Origin: Candidatus Poribacteria bacterium
Lineage (GTDB): Bacteria; Poribacteria; WGA-4E; JAJDTR01
Reading direction: 5' to 3'
NCBI GenBank assembly: GCA_965222225.1
Contig: CBDCTK010000002.1
Span: 4,608,001 to 4,672,000 of the forward strand
Length of the DNA stretch: 64,000 bases
Position numbers and translations under genes: made by a program. Below are positions 51,366 to 64,000 of this stretch, piece after piece. Under the pieces are notes generated by a model. The model was not told the origin of the DNA, did no database searches, and worked only from the letters and a program-made list of their open reading frames with translations. How positions within the stretch are numbered: the stretch's first letter is position 1; each line of letters starts with the position of its first letter.

Positions 51366-51386
51366 ACCGAGGTTGATGTATCCCTG

Positions 51387-51426
51387 TCACAATATTTGGG
51401 ATCGATTGTCATCCCAAATATTGTAA
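51387..51426. repeat. Intergenic inverted repeat ACAATATTTGGGA / TCCCAAATATTGT
   Basis: 13-bp perfect stem immediately upstream of the TPR gene RBS. Confidence 0.6.
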
Positions 51427-51439
51427 AGGAGGTTCCCCC

Positions 51440-54400
51440 ATGTTTGGACGTAAATACCCGCTGGTACTCTCTATCCTATGTTTCTTGTGCCTCATGTTCG
51501 TGCTTTTGGCAATTGCCCCTGCTCAAAACGCCGATGCGACAGACGAAAAAATCATTGAACGCTACAAACTGATGTTGGAACGGAAGCCGAAGGAGGACAA
51601 TACATTTGACCGTCTCTACCAATTCTACACCGAGGGAGCAGGTGTTGAGCGGATGGTCGCCGATTATCAAGCGGAGATAGAAGCCAAACCAAACAACTCA
51701 AACCTTCAATTGATTTTGGGACACATCTACAAGCGATTGGGCAAATATACGGATGCCATCGCCGCTTACAATCGCGCCATCGAACTTGCACCAAACGATT
51801 ATTATCCTCATTTTGCGCTAGGACAAGCGTATACCACGCTTCGTCAGCACGAAGATGCAATTCCGGCGCTGACACAGGCGGCTGAACTTGCAACAACATC
51901 GCACGCCGCGCCACTTGATGAGCTGATCGCCCTCTATAAAACTCTCGGCAGTGCCTATTTCAGCCGAGACCGGGTGGAGGAAGCGATTTCGGCATGGAGT
52001 AAAATCGCTGAGATTCATCCGCAGAACATCTTTACTCGCGCTGAACTTGCCGACCTATTCCGCGAACAAGAATTGTATACACAGGCTATCGAACAGTACG
52101 AGGCGATCATCCTACTCGAAAAAGATGATCCGTATCGTGTGTGCCTCAGTTATCGGGAGATTGGGAAGATTCAGGAGGAGAAGGGCGATTATCAAAAAGC
52201 TATCCAAAGCTACGACGCTGCCATAACGCTGACAACGCCGGGAAATTGGCTACGGAAAGATGTGCATCGACGCATCATTGGTGTGTTCGCCTCCGACGGA
52301 AATTGGCAGGGCTTGGTCGCTTACTATCAGAGGAAACTCCAAACCGCACCCAATGACCCCGAACTCATCGGTTTGTTGACTTCGGCGTACATTGAGAATC
52401 AACAACTCGACGAAGGAATCGATGCCTATCGGAAGGCGCTGGAGCTTGCCCCGGCGGACACTGCATTACGCCTTGAACTTATCACGGTCCTCCGAAACGC
52501 CGAAAAATTTGACGAGGCAGCGGCGGAGTACGAATTCCTCAGTGGAAGTCACCTGACGATTTAGGTATCTACCGTGAGCTCGGTGAGTTGTATCTGGAAC
52601 TTCAGGACGAAAACCGAGCGAAAACAACCTTTCAACGTATGATTGGCCGCGGCCCGGGGATTGCCGGGATTCACCTTTCCCTTGCCGACATCTATGCTAG
52701 CCATGAATGGACAGATGATGCGGTTGCCGCCTATGAAAAAGCCGCCTCACTCGCACCTAATAATCTCGATTATATCCAGTATTATGGCGAATATTACTTG
52801 CGCCAGGGCAAACGAGATAAGGCAGTGGAATTCTGGAATCGGATGATCGCCGGGGACAAAGCTATCCCAGAGAATTATGACCGGCTCGCACGATTGCTTT
52901 GGATACATGACTTCCGTACCGATGCCATAACCGCTAGTCGGAATGCCGCGGCGTTGGCGCCAGCGGAGTATCGCTATCGTGAAGTATTGGCACGGCGGTT
53001 GATGGAGAACAAGGAGTACGATGCCGCGCTGTCCGAATACGCCGAAGCGTCGAAACTCGCGCCCAACGAATATTTTGCCGAGCGGATGAACGACCAGCAA
53101 GTCGAAATTTTTCGGCGTCAAGGTGTCTTGGCAGAGCAGATTGAGAAGGTTGAAACGGCTCCGAAAACCTTTAATCGAGAGAAGATCCTTGCCAAGATGT
53201 ATATCAAATTGGGAAACGTAACCAATGCGATCGAGTCCTGGATTCAAGCAAAGACACTTAAACCAGATGATGTATCCGTTAACCGCGAATTGGCAGCGCT
53301 TTATGCTAAGCAAGGGCTTGGAGAAGAAGCCGTTGCCATCTACGAACACCTGGCAAAGATCGATTCTGGCAATGCACGAGAATATTTTTCTGGTATAGCA
53401 CGTCTTCAACTAAAAGCTAAAAACTTCAATGCTGCAATTCGGAGTGCAAAACAGGTAATTGCGCTCAGCCCTCGAAATCCGGAAGGCCATCAACTGCTGG
53501 CGAGTATCGAGCGCCAACAAGAAAATTACGCCGAAGCCATTAAAAATCTCAAACAGGCAATCCGCCTGCAGGCAGATGCTGCAGACATTCGCGCCGAATT
53601 AGCGGAGGTGTACAGACTGGCTGGAGAAAATCGATTGGCGATTGACCAGTATTGGCAGTGTTGGGATTTAAGTAAGGATCTCAATGATAAGCTTTCATTG
53701 GTCGATGAGATGATGGAGGTTTACGATAACCTCGGCACAAGCGGCGCGTTCAAAGAGAAACTCCGTACACTGAACCAAGCGCATCCCCCCGACCCCGCAC
53801 CTGCTATGGCGTTGACGGAATTGTACCGAAAGCAAGGTGAATTTCCCGCCGCCATATCACAATTGGAAGAGACACTGGAATATAACCCGGAAAATCCGAA
53901 TCTGCTGAGCCGAGTTGCCGAGATGAATCACGAGTTTGGTAACACTGAAGAGGCGATTGTATATCAGCAACTGCTTGTTAAAATCCAACCTGATTCAGCG
54001 CATCAACAGCGACTCGCCGAGTTCCTCTTTGAGGCCGGGCGAGAACGAGAAGCGATTCAAGCCTGGAGAAGGTTGCTACACGCCAGAAATCAGACGGTTG
54101 AGGCAGAGATTCAACTTGCATCCCTGCTCATGCGCTATGATTTGCAGGATGAGGCACGCCTCGCTTTGGATCGCGCGGGCGAAAGAGTCAAAACAGCAGA
54201 AAGACGCTACCAAATTGGTGCGTTGCTGGTGCAGTTGAACGAGCTGGAATCTGCCACCCGACATTTCGAGCATATACTGACGATGTCAGAACCAGAACGG
54301 GCGATGGGGAAGAATACCGGCCTTATTGGGCGTGCGACCGCTCCGCGATCCCAGAAAACGTCCCCGTCCGACACACATCGGTTGCGTCGTCCCAAAGAGC

Positions 54401-57400
54401 TTGTGCGGAAAATCCAATCTCCGAGTCAAAGCCCGGCGGGGAGCCCATGGATGCCAACCAATTTTGCAGATGCCCAAGCCGGTGCATTAACCCAACTCTT
54501 TCTAATCGCTAAGCAGATAGGGAAGCTTGATGCATTCGTCGAAGCCATCAAGGCAAACGCAGGATTAAAACCGCACGACCTTAAAGCACTGGAAAAATTA
54601 GCACAGGTCTACATCCTCACAAACAACCGTGACGATGCTGTCCGGGCTATTAACCGACTTGTCGCCCTGTCTCCCAACGATTATACATACTTAAGAGTTC
54701 AACTCAACTATGCGCTGCAAAAGGATCTTGATTATGAAACCGCGAAAAACTATATTGATCGTCTCAGTGCTTTCACCATGGAAACACGGCTGTGGGATGC
54801 CTGCCGCTTGGCGAGAACACTCCACTACCAAGGAAGGCGAGATGATGCCAAAAGGTTAATGTCCGGGACCGGATTCTCGATTGACGATCCCTACAAGACC
54901 ACAACAAATATGAAGGTGATATTCGAGGTATTTCGGGTACTAACACAGTTGGGGGAAATGGACGCAGCGGAGGTGTTGCTATCACAATTTGCTTCTCCGC
55001 CAATCAATCCCGAGATTAAAATGGCACATCGTCTGCAATCGTGGTATCACGAAGCGATGTATAACCACCTCTCGGATGCATACCTGCGCAATGGACAGAT
55101 TGACGAAGCCATTACATTCTTCTGGAATTATCTTGATCGCGTTAATCCCATAGTTCAGAATACCACCACCACATCAAGTACAGGTAGCTGGAATCAACGT
55201 GTTCTAAATGACTTCCCGGCGACGAGCATCTACTATGATAGTACTCGGTTGAGGCTGTTGCGGACGTTATTTCTCTATCACTGGGCGCAAGATCAACTTG
55301 AACCGCTGTATGCAATGTTCCAAGCGAAATTGGAGCGAGCCGAGGGGACAAAGAAAATTTATCCCGCTCTGGCGTTGAGTTATTTTTTTGGTGGGAGGAG
55401 TCGCCCGATAAATCACGTGAGGTTTTGGCGAAAGTCCAAGTCAGATTTCCCGAGAACCTGACGTTGATGCGCCACACGGCTTTGATTGCCATCCTGACCG
55501 GAAAACATGAAGAAGCAATGACGGCACTCAACCTACTTGCGAATAAAGATTGGCAAAACCTCGAGCAGTACGATGAATCCATGCTGCAAATCGCCATTCA
55601 TGTCGGAAATACAAGCAAGGTGCGCGAATTATTGCCGAGAATACTTGCTTCAGTAAAGGATGCCGAATCGCTTTTTCGAATTGTCCAGAAACTCCAGAAG
55701 AGCGGATTAACACGTTACGCGGTTGCAGCGGCGAAGAAGGCAGTGACACTTTCTCAAGGAAAACACAACACATATTTCCTAGGACAATTAAGTCAGCAGT
55801 TGGAAGAACTCGGTAGAGGACATGAAGTTGCGAATCTGGCAAAACACCTGAGACATCCTACCAACCCACGTACACGCAGCGGACGGGGTTCGATCCAATG
55901 GAACTACCGGCACCCCCAGAATATAGCCGGTTGGCGCACAAACCCGGCACGCGAAGCGCAACTCCGTGCCGTGATCGAGAAAAATCCAACCTCTTTCCAG
56001 GCACAAATTCGCCTTGCTTCCTATTACGAAGGGGTGAACGATGTTGACGGTGCCGCCAAAACCCTTGAAGCCGCACTATCCATTAAACCGAAGCATTATC
56101 TAACGCGGAGACGATACGCCCAAATCTTAATGCGCGGAGAAAAGCCTGATGCCGCTGCTGCTCAGTACGCAATCTTGTTAAAGCATAACCCAAATGCCCT
56201 CGCCAATAGTCATGTAGCTGCCTTCTGGTGCGGAACCTGCAATAATCATCGTGAAGTGATTAGCCCGTTCTTCGATGCTGAAAAAGTCGATGAAATCGTG
56301 GCGCTAACGAAGGAGCTTCTCGGACCGCCGCGGCGCGTTAGCTTCAGCCGCCCGTTTGCCACTGAAGTTGCGGAACGATGTCTTGAAAGCAACCTACCGC
56401 GCGAAGCGTCAGAAATTTATGAGAAGTTGGTGGTAGATACCACCGACAGCTATACGTACAACCAACTCGCGTCTGCGTACTCAGCGGCAGGCGAGCACGA
56501 AAAAGCCATCAAATTTCTACGCAGTAAATTGGATTCGCCAGATTCTGCCAACGCAAAAGACAAGAATTCTCGAATTCACATGGTTCGTCGGCTCATTAAG
56601 CTTTACAATGCCACGGGAAAGTTCAATATCTTGCGCGAAGAATATGAAGAACAACTGGCACAAAAGCCCAAGGACACGTTGCAAATATACTTGGTGACCT
56701 TAATACGGCTCTCAGACGGCGACATTGACGGCGCGGAGCGCCTTGTGAATCAACTGATAGAGGATGATTCAGTGACGTATTTTTGGTGGTTTGAATATCT
56801 CGCAGAGCTATATCGCACTGCAGGCGATTATGAGCGCGAGGCACGCGTGCTCGATCGAGCAATCCAAAAACTGAGACTGCATCCCTCTAACTTGCGATCT
56901 CCTCATGAATTGTCACAGGCGTACGAAAAACTTGCGGCTGCCTGCTTTAAATCCGGAGATACGGTCAGGGCAAAAGAGTACATCAAGAAAAAGAAAACTA
57001 TGAGCTTGGTAGAAAGTGGAGTCGGTTCTTTTTTTCACATTGCAAATCTGTATAGCCAGTATGAAATGTGGGCCGAGGCAGAGGCGACGTATACGAAGGT
57101 TTTGGACCGCCTGTCCAACGGTCAATATGTTCGTCAACAGACAGAACGATATCTCATTGAGATAAACTCCCGCAAGGGTGAGTCAAAAACAGACGTTGCC
57201 TCCATTGAGAAGTTGAGAGAGATAGATCTCGGTATGCGCCGTGCTTTGGCAAAGCATTACAAGGATCGAGGAAAGATGAATGAGGCGATAGAGCTTTTCA
57301 AGCAAATCGCTGAGAGGATGCCGGGGGACCTCGAATCTCGCGTCCAACTCGCGGAAGTCTATACTCGCCAAAAGAGATTTGATAAAGCATTTACGGAGTG

Positions 57401-58840
57401 GCGGAGGTTGTTGGAAGCAGATCCGGAAAACACGAAGTTTCAAAGAGGGCTTGTGGCGGCTCAAGAAGCCGCAGGCAATATCGACCATGCAATCCAACTT
57501 CTGAAAAAGTACATTGACTCCGAAGCAACTACTGTGCATTACCCGATTTGGCTGAACTCTACGTCAGGACTGGCCGTGTGGATGAAGCGATTAGTGCTTA
57601 TCAAAAGGCAATTGAGATAAATCCCGGCGATAGAAGCGTGCACCAAAAGTTGGCTCGGCTGTATCTCCGAAAAGAGGACTTTGAGGCGGCTGAAAAGGCT
57701 TTTCACCAAGATCTGCGATACAACGAAGATTGGTTGAGTTTTGATGGCACCGAAAACCAGCTTATACAGCTCTATCTCCGGCAAGACAAACTGGAAGAGA
57801 AGCTTAAACAAGCAGAAAAAGAAGGTACCCTCACGTTTGGAATGCAGAAGAAGCGAGCGGAGCATTACCGGGACCAAGGCGAATTGGAAAAAGCGGCTAA
57901 AGCTTATAAAAAAGCGTTAGAAATGCCAACACGTAGTTGGCACAAAGCAAGGATTACTAGAGAATTGGTGACGATTTACGCACGACTTGGTCAGACTAAA
58001 TCTGCGGTCGAACTCTACGAGCAGCTTTCTCAAGCAAGTCCGCAAAACGGCTTTCCTTCCTTCCATCTAGCCATGACGGCGTCTGGCTCCAAAGTCTGCT
58101 TCAGTCGAGAGGCGCAAGCCCATGGGGAGTCGGGGGAGATACTATCTTCCATTAGCACATTCAGTGTATTCGGTTTCTCGGTAGATGACGCCGACAACGC
58201 CCGCCGAAGCATTATCAAGGTCTATCGGGATGCGGGTAAGTTGAAGTTCCTTCTAGCCTACCTACAGAAGCGCAGTAAAACGAATCCGGAAAACCCGGCA
58301 CTGTTCGAAATCATCGCTGAGATCCATTACAACCGGGGGGATCATGCAAAAGCCGCGATAAACTACCAGCAGGTTTGTAAATTGCAGCCAGAAAACGTCC
58401 GGAGTTTTTACTACGCTGCAGCACATTTGAATAACAGTAATCTACCGGAGCGTGCACAAGCAATGTTGAACGGAGGCAAAATCGCTCGCGCCCGCTACGG
58501 TAGTGGGCAGTGGAATCGGAGTATGTGGGGACTGGCAGCACTCGGTAGCATTTGCAGTGAAGGCGGGTTGTACGACGCGGCAATTGAGTTGTTCCAAGCC
58601 GCCGTGGCGAATCAAAAGAAACCGAGCCGCAAATCTGAGCCAATATTGTATCACATGACCGCGCAGACATATCTGGAACTAAAGCGGTATGCTGAAGCAG
58701 TCGAAGCCTTTCGAAAAATGGAGGAGGTCTCTACAGACGATCACGTTAGAAAAGTCGCTCAAGAAGGGATGCACAAGGCGCGCCGTGAGGGGAATTTGCC
58801 TGATGAATCCATCAGTGAGGAGACTCAGATTGCTCAGTAA
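51440..58840 (+). CDS. Giant exported TPR protein (~2,460 aa), split into four ORFs by apparent frameshifts (~52545, ~55388, ~57544)
   Basis: AAGGAGG RBS, signal peptide, continuous TPR motifs through ORFs 51440-52564, 52588-55461, 55425-57620, 57548-58840; one-base changes restore continuity. Confidence 0.8.
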
Positions 58841-58932
58841 GGAGATTTACGCCCATAAACGCATGCAAGCATCCTGAAAAGTATCTAAAACGAGAAGATG
58901 CCAATCGTTCCCCACGCAATCAACAGTGATTT

Positions 58933-60720
58933 ATGATCCCCACCTTTACACTCCCACTCGGCTTCCTCGCACTCTTGGCTGTCCCGATCCTCGTCGGCAT
59001 CTACCTGTTGCGCACCCGATCTCGACGTTACCCAGTGTCCAGCCTGATGCTTTGGGTGAATCAGAAGCAAGCGCGCCAAGGCGGTCTGAGGATTGAGCGC
59101 TTACAGACGCCCCTCCTGTTCCTGTTGGAACTCCTTGCCCTCATCTTTCTGGCGCTCGCGATAGCCGAACCAATTATTCGAACCTCCAAGAGCCAGATAC
59201 CGTTGACTGTCGTTTTGGATGACTCATTCTCAATGCTCGCAGGCGCTGAAGATACCCCGAAAAGCCGGGCGATAAAAGCCCTTGAAGAATTACTCACACC
59301 CGACGGTATTAATCCGCTTGCCAAGCCCCGCTACGGGGTACGTTACGTGCTCGCAGGGACAGAGCCGCAACTATTGAACGAGGTGGCAAAATCGGCGGGC
59401 GAAGCAATTGACGAACTTCAACGTTGGAGATGTCTTTCGCCGTCTGTGGACCTGGAGGCAGCGATATCCTTCGCCGCCGCGCTTGGCGATTCCAAAGCGC
59501 TCATGCTAATCGTAACGGACGGCCCGCCGGCACACCCACTTGAGTCAGACAGTATTCAGTGGTGGGGTTTTGGAATCCCTCAACCCAACGTCGCCTTTGT
59601 GAACGCCACACGGACCTCCGCCGAATCCGGTGAGCGATGCCTGTTCGAGATTACGAATCTCACCGGAGGCGTAAGAAAAACAGAACTCGTCGTCGAGTTA
59701 CATGACACTGTGATCGGCGAGTCGTCTGCTCGTCTTCACCATTCAACTCCCGATATCCGTCCGATGGAAACACATCGGGTTGTCCTGAGTCTGCCGCCAA
59801 GAACGCCGGCATTACGGGCGCAGATTGGCGATGATTCCCTGTCAATCGATAACACAGTCGTATTGCTTCCACAGATACGGAAACCGGTGCATGTGGACAT
59901 CCGAATCCAAGACCAGCGGCTACGATTTCTTGTTGAAGATGCTCTGGAAGCTACGGAAAGGAGTGTACCCACAACAACACAGCCCGAGTTAATCTTTCTG
60001 GATCAAGCAGCACTCGCGGATGACGCTAACGAGGCATGGATTATGCGCCTTGTGGTAGAGCCGGAAGCGTCGGCTTATCTAGGGCCCTTTGTCGTTAATC
60101 GTGCACACCCGTTGACCGAAGGGCTTTCATTCAACGGCGTTGTATGGGGGGCGGGAACAACGGAAGAGTTTATTGGGGTGCCTATCATTACTGCCGGCAA
60201 CGTCCCACTCTTGACTGACACAGAGCGGTACACCGGTGTTCATGAACTCCGTCTGCGTCTGCGCCCGGACCTCTCAACGCTTCAAACGTCGCCGAATTGG
60301 CCCGCTCTAATCTGGAATCTACTTGAGTGGCGTGCCTTGGAAACACCGGGGCTAGAACGCTCCAACCTTCGTTTAGGCGAGGTCGCGGTTCTGAGTACGA
60401 AATTGGGGGTTGAATCCATCCAAGTTATTTCACCCAATGGCGACATACGTGACCAACCCGTGCTTGAGAGGAAGGTCAACCTCATGGCTCAGGACGTTGG
60501 GATTTATAAGGTGGAGACGGGTAGCGAGAGATACGCCTTCTCATCAAACGCACTCCGCCAATCGGAATCCGACCTCCGTACTAGGGCATCAGGTAGATGG
60601 GGCGATTGGGGGAATACAACGCTAGAGTGGTGGGGATACCGGAGTTTCGCGTGGTTCTTCCTTCTCCTCGCCATCGCGACCTTAACGCTTCATCTAATCT
60701 TATCCAAGCGCGGAACCTAG
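58933..60720 (+). CDS. BatA-domain / vWA membrane protein
   Basis: N-terminal BatA-like P.G.LALLAVP...YL...VSSLMLW, LDDSFSM MIDAS, IVTDG, C-terminal TM. Confidence 0.88.
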   Translation: MIPTFTLPLGFLALLAVPILVGIYLLRTRSRRYPVSSLMLWVNQKQARQGGLRIERLQTPLLFLLELLALIFLALAIAEPIIRTSKSQIPLTVVLDDSFSMLAGAEDTPKSRAIKALEELLTPDGINPLAKPRYGVRYVLAGTEPQLLNEVAKSAGEAIDELQRWRCLSPSVDLEAAISFAAALGDSKALMLIVTDGPPAHPLESDSIQWWGFGIPQPNVAFVNATRTSAESGERCLFEITNLTGGVRKTELVVELHDTVIGESSARLHHSTPDIRPMETHRVVLSLPPRTPALRAQIGDDSLSIDNTVVLLPQIRKPVHVDIRIQDQRLRFLVEDALEATERSVPTTTQPELIFLDQAALADDANEAWIMRLVVEPEASAYLGPFVVNRAHPLTEGLSFNGVVWGAGTTEEFIGVPIITAGNVPLLTDTERYTGVHELRLRLRPDLSTLQTSPNWPALIWNLLEWRALETPGLERSNLRLGEVAVLSTKLGVESIQVISPNGDIRDQPVLERKVNLMAQDVGIYKVETGSERYAFSSNALRQSESDLRTRASGRWGDWGNTTLEWWGYRSFAWFFLLLAIATLTLHLILSKRGT

Positions 60721-60925
60721 CACTATCAGCCGCAAAACATCATGCTTTCGATCGCACCTGCTAGGTTGCCAAATCCAGCAGTTTTCCCCAAACACCCCAA
60801 ATTCATCCTTGACATATTCACAACCTCAGTATATACCTATTGTGTGTCCGATGCAAAAAGCGGTGAAACAGAAACAGCACTACTTCGAGGTTGCCAAAAA
60901 GCTAGCAATATAGGAGGCCCATCAT

Positions 60926-62977
60926 TTGAAAGCAAATGAAGAAAATCTGCTAAAATTCTTGGATGGCACGAAACAGTTCATGCTGCCCATTTATCAACGC
61001 CGCTACAGTTGGGAGAAGGAACAATGCGACCAGTTATGGGATGACGTGTTGCGTGTCGGACAGAATGAAAACATTAAGTCGCATTTCCTCGGGTCAATTG
61101 TTTCCAGAGAAGAAGCTAGCACTAGGGTGCAGCGATTGTTAGTCATTGACGGGCAACAGAGATTGACGACGCTCTCGCTGCTGCTTTCGGTACTTGGTAG
61201 AGCCATAGAGGCGGAGAACGCCGATTTTCCGATCAGTCGCAATCAGATAGAAGGATACTATCTCTTCAATGAAAAGGAAGATGGTGAACTGCGCTATAAA
61301 CAGTTGCTCACGGAACACGACAGGGATGCTCTCACTGAACTGTTGGAAGAAGGAGATGCTTCTGACGCTATATCTTTGCTGGTGGATAATTACCGAGGCT
61401 TTGAGGATAGACTCAAGAATGCTGACCTTGAAGTAGTGTATAAAGGGATTCAGAAGTTAATGATTGTCAGCATTGCACTAGAGTCGGGTTCCGATGAACC
61501 GCAACTGATTTTCGAGAGTCTAAACTCCACCGGACTCGCTCTTTCGCAAGCCGACCTCATCCGGAATTATGTACTCATGGGTCAGGAACATAATGTGCAA
61601 ACCAGATTGTATCAGACCTACTGGTATCCGATGGAGCAGAGATTTGGTGATGAATACTCAAAGCGATTCAATCTTTTCATTAGAGACTATCTGACCCTGA
61701 AAACCGGACAGATTCCAAATAAAGGAAAGATTTACGAAAGCTTCAAGAGGTATGTAGATGACAAGAGGCACCCTGAGGCCCTTGAGAAGGAAATAGGAGA
61801 AATTGCTCGCAATTCGGAACACTATGTTCGCATAGTATTGCTTCAAGAACCAGACCGAGACCTCCGAGCTTGCTTTAAGGACATTAAGACTCTTGGTGTT
61901 GAAGTTGCCTATCCGTTTTTATTGGGCGTCTATGGGGACTACGCGGAAAAGCGACTCCCAAAGGAAGAGGTCATAGAAACTCTTCGTTTGGTGGAAAGTT
62001 ATGTTTTCCGCCGCACAGTTTGTGATATTCCACGAAATACCTTGAACAAGACATTTGCTAGTATGATGGGACGAGTTAATAAAGACAAATACCTTCAAAG
62101 TCTGAAAACCGTTTTCTCGCGAATGACCGGGCGCCAACTTTTCCCTACGGATAAGGAATTCCGGCGGGAATTTCAGTCTAGAAACATGTATGACCTTGAC
62201 ACTTGCAATTATCTCCTAGACAAGCTAGAAAACCACGAACGCAGCAAGGAGCTCGTTCCTGTTGGAGATCATGCGTATACGACAGAGCACGTCATGCCGC
62301 AAACGTTGACCGACGAATGGCAAGAAGAGCTAGGTGATAACTGGGCGGAAGTACACGAGACGTATCTCCACACGATAGGTAACCTCACCCTTACCGGCTA
62401 CAATCAAAAGCTAGGCAATGCTAGCTTCAGGGAAAAACAGGAGATGACAGGAGGATTTCGTGATAGCCCATTACGATTGAATGCGAGTCTTCGCAAAGTG
62501 GAGCGATGGGACGAAGACGCTATTGTAAAGCGGGCGGAGATGCTTGCGGAGAAAGCGTGCAAAATCTGGCCGGACCATGGTGTTGATCGAGAAACTCAGC
62601 AGGGAAGGTCATCAGGCTGGAGGTTGTCTGACCATCGTCACCTGAACGGCAAGATGCTAGATTTATTCGAGCAATTGCAGCGTTGCATTCTGAGTTTAGA
62701 TACTAGAGTTCGTCGGCAAATCAATAAATATACTATTGTTTACAAAGTTCACAGAATGTTCGTGGACATCGAGCCACAGGCCAGCCAACTCCGTTTGTCG
62801 CTAAACATTCCCTTTCCAGAGATTGATGATCCGCGCGGATTATGCCGAGACGTGACGCATGTCGGCCATTTAGGTTTGGGAGATGTAGATGTCCGAATTT
62901 CCTCTGTTGGTGAACTCGACGATGCCATGTCCCTAATTCGTAAGGCTTATGAAAAACAGATCTCGGTTGAAACATAA
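60926..62977 (+). CDS. GmrSD-type (DUF262 + DUF1524 HNH + DUF5655-like) modification-dependent restriction endonuclease
   Basis: AGGAGG RBS, TTG start; PIYQRRYSW, IDGQQRLTT, IFESLN; EHVMPQ...IGNLTL..YN; C-terminal CRDVTHVGHLG.GD. Confidence 0.9.
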   Translation: MKANEENLLKFLDGTKQFMLPIYQRRYSWEKEQCDQLWDDVLRVGQNENIKSHFLGSIVSREEASTRVQRLLVIDGQQRLTTLSLLLSVLGRAIEAENADFPISRNQIEGYYLFNEKEDGELRYKQLLTEHDRDALTELLEEGDASDAISLLVDNYRGFEDRLKNADLEVVYKGIQKLMIVSIALESGSDEPQLIFESLNSTGLALSQADLIRNYVLMGQEHNVQTRLYQTYWYPMEQRFGDEYSKRFNLFIRDYLTLKTGQIPNKGKIYESFKRYVDDKRHPEALEKEIGEIARNSEHYVRIVLLQEPDRDLRACFKDIKTLGVEVAYPFLLGVYGDYAEKRLPKEEVIETLRLVESYVFRRTVCDIPRNTLNKTFASMMGRVNKDKYLQSLKTVFSRMTGRQLFPTDKEFRREFQSRNMYDLDTCNYLLDKLENHERSKELVPVGDHAYTTEHVMPQTLTDEWQEELGDNWAEVHETYLHTIGNLTLTGYNQKLGNASFREKQEMTGGFRDSPLRLNASLRKVERWDEDAIVKRAEMLAEKACKIWPDHGVDRETQQGRSSGWRLSDHRHLNGKMLDLFEQLQRCILSLDTRVRRQINKYTIVYKVHRMFVDIEPQASQLRLSLNIPFPEIDDPRGLCRDVTHVGHLGLGDVDVRISSVGELDDAMSLIRKAYEKQISVET

Positions 62978-63063
62978 CATATTGTTCTAAAGGTCTTCTC
63001 ATATCGGTTGAAGGAGCGGAATTCTGTTGGCGGAAAGCAATGTTAAAACGGTAGGATATTGAA

Positions 63064-64000
63064 ATGCCATTTCTTACAGATAGGGAGTTGCTTGAAATCA
63101 TTTTGGACATCGAATCTGACCGCGCCGAGTTCAAAGAGTCATTGTCGGGCGATTCACCCACGAGAATAAGAGAAGCTATCTGCGCATTTGCCAACGATCT
63201 TCCTCAATACGAAAAACCGGGGGTTGTTTTCGTAGGAGTGAGGAATAACGGGACTATCAAAGGCTTATCCGTCACGGACGAGTTACTTCGGCAGTTGGCA
63301 GATATGAAAACCGACGGAAATATCCTGCCGCCGCCAACGCTGGCAGTTGAAAAGCGTGTTTTGGGAGGTAAAGAAGTCGCCGTAGTCACGGTGCAACCGT
63401 CCGACTCGCCTCCGGTGAAATTCAAAGTGTTATCCACATCCGCATTGGCCCGCGCCGTGGCATTGCTACAAAACAGGATGAAAGGATTCTCAACGAAAAA
63501 CGTCAATCCGGAAATCTGACTTTCGACCTGCAACCTATCCCTACGTCTAGTGTATCCGATCTCAATCTTACCCAATTTGAGAACGAATATTTGCCTCAGG
63601 CGTTTGCCCCCGAGATTCTAGCAGCCAATGAACGGACTCTTGAAGAACGTCTAGGTGCTACGAAAATGATTGTTTCAGTCAATGAGCAAGTTGCGACTGT
63701 GTTGGGAATACTGGCACTCGGCAAAAGTCCACAAGACTATCTACCAGGCGCCTACGTGCAGTTTCTCAGAATTGCTGGAAGCGAACTATCAGATGAAATC
63801 CTTGACAGTGAAGATATACGCGGACCAGTTCCAGACTTGCTCCGCCGTTTGGATGATAAACTGATTGCGCATAACCGAATCGCAGTCGATTTCACGACGG
63901 ACGTTCTGGAACAGCGAACCGAACTCTATCCCATTCCCGCGTTGCAACAGATTACACGCAACGCCGTGATGCACAAAACCTATGAAGCAACGAATGCGCC
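63064..64000 (+). CDS. AlbA_2/Schlafen-domain ATP-binding protein (partial; apparent frameshift near 63427)
   Basis: ESDRAEFKES, AICAFAND, FVGV; shifted frame gives IHIRIGPRR...FDLQP...LPGAYVQFLRI...YPIPALQQITRNAVMH. Confidence 0.85.

Noticed and set aside
10620-63430. Frameshifts (~10620, 37210, 37395, 44644, 52545, 55388, 57544, 63427) as programmed frameshifting or phase variation
   Set aside because: All are single-base indels, mostly in short homopolymers, scattered over unrelated and otherwise intact genes; long-read consensus error is the simpler explanation

Overview
Bacterial chromosomal segment whose gene content (LRR-cohesin-dockerin protein with a C-terminal LLPNYPNPFNPETWIPY domain, seven PhyH-family dioxygenases, DUF6785-type transporters) points to Candidatus Poribacteria (inference). 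Order of content: a lipoprotein/hypothetical operon; tRNA-Arg(CCG); a defence island (ApeA-like HEPN, Type III R-M mod and res split by an AbiV-HEPN protein); a phage-like two-gene module; dut-thyA-folA-comEA; a large secreted cytochrome c/LRR protein; a carbohydrate/dioxygenase catabolic region containing a decayed tyrosine integrase; a MoxR-DUF58-vWA-ABC-giant TPR cluster; then GmrSD and an AlbA-domain gene. The most unusual signal is non-coding: a dispersed ~37-nt element (consensus GATCAAGYGANYGRAYAGNGAGYGCGATAGAGATCCC) seen at about eight loci in both orientations, often as stuttered full and partial concatemers. It appears inserted into other sequences without an obvious target-site duplication: a REP copy, a hairpin loop, and twice within the integrase pseudogene. 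This suggests an undescribed templated or reiterative insertion system whose enzyme is not encoded in this window. Several single-base frameshifts in short homopolymers look like sequencing error. All family calls come from motif recognition by eye, not database searches.
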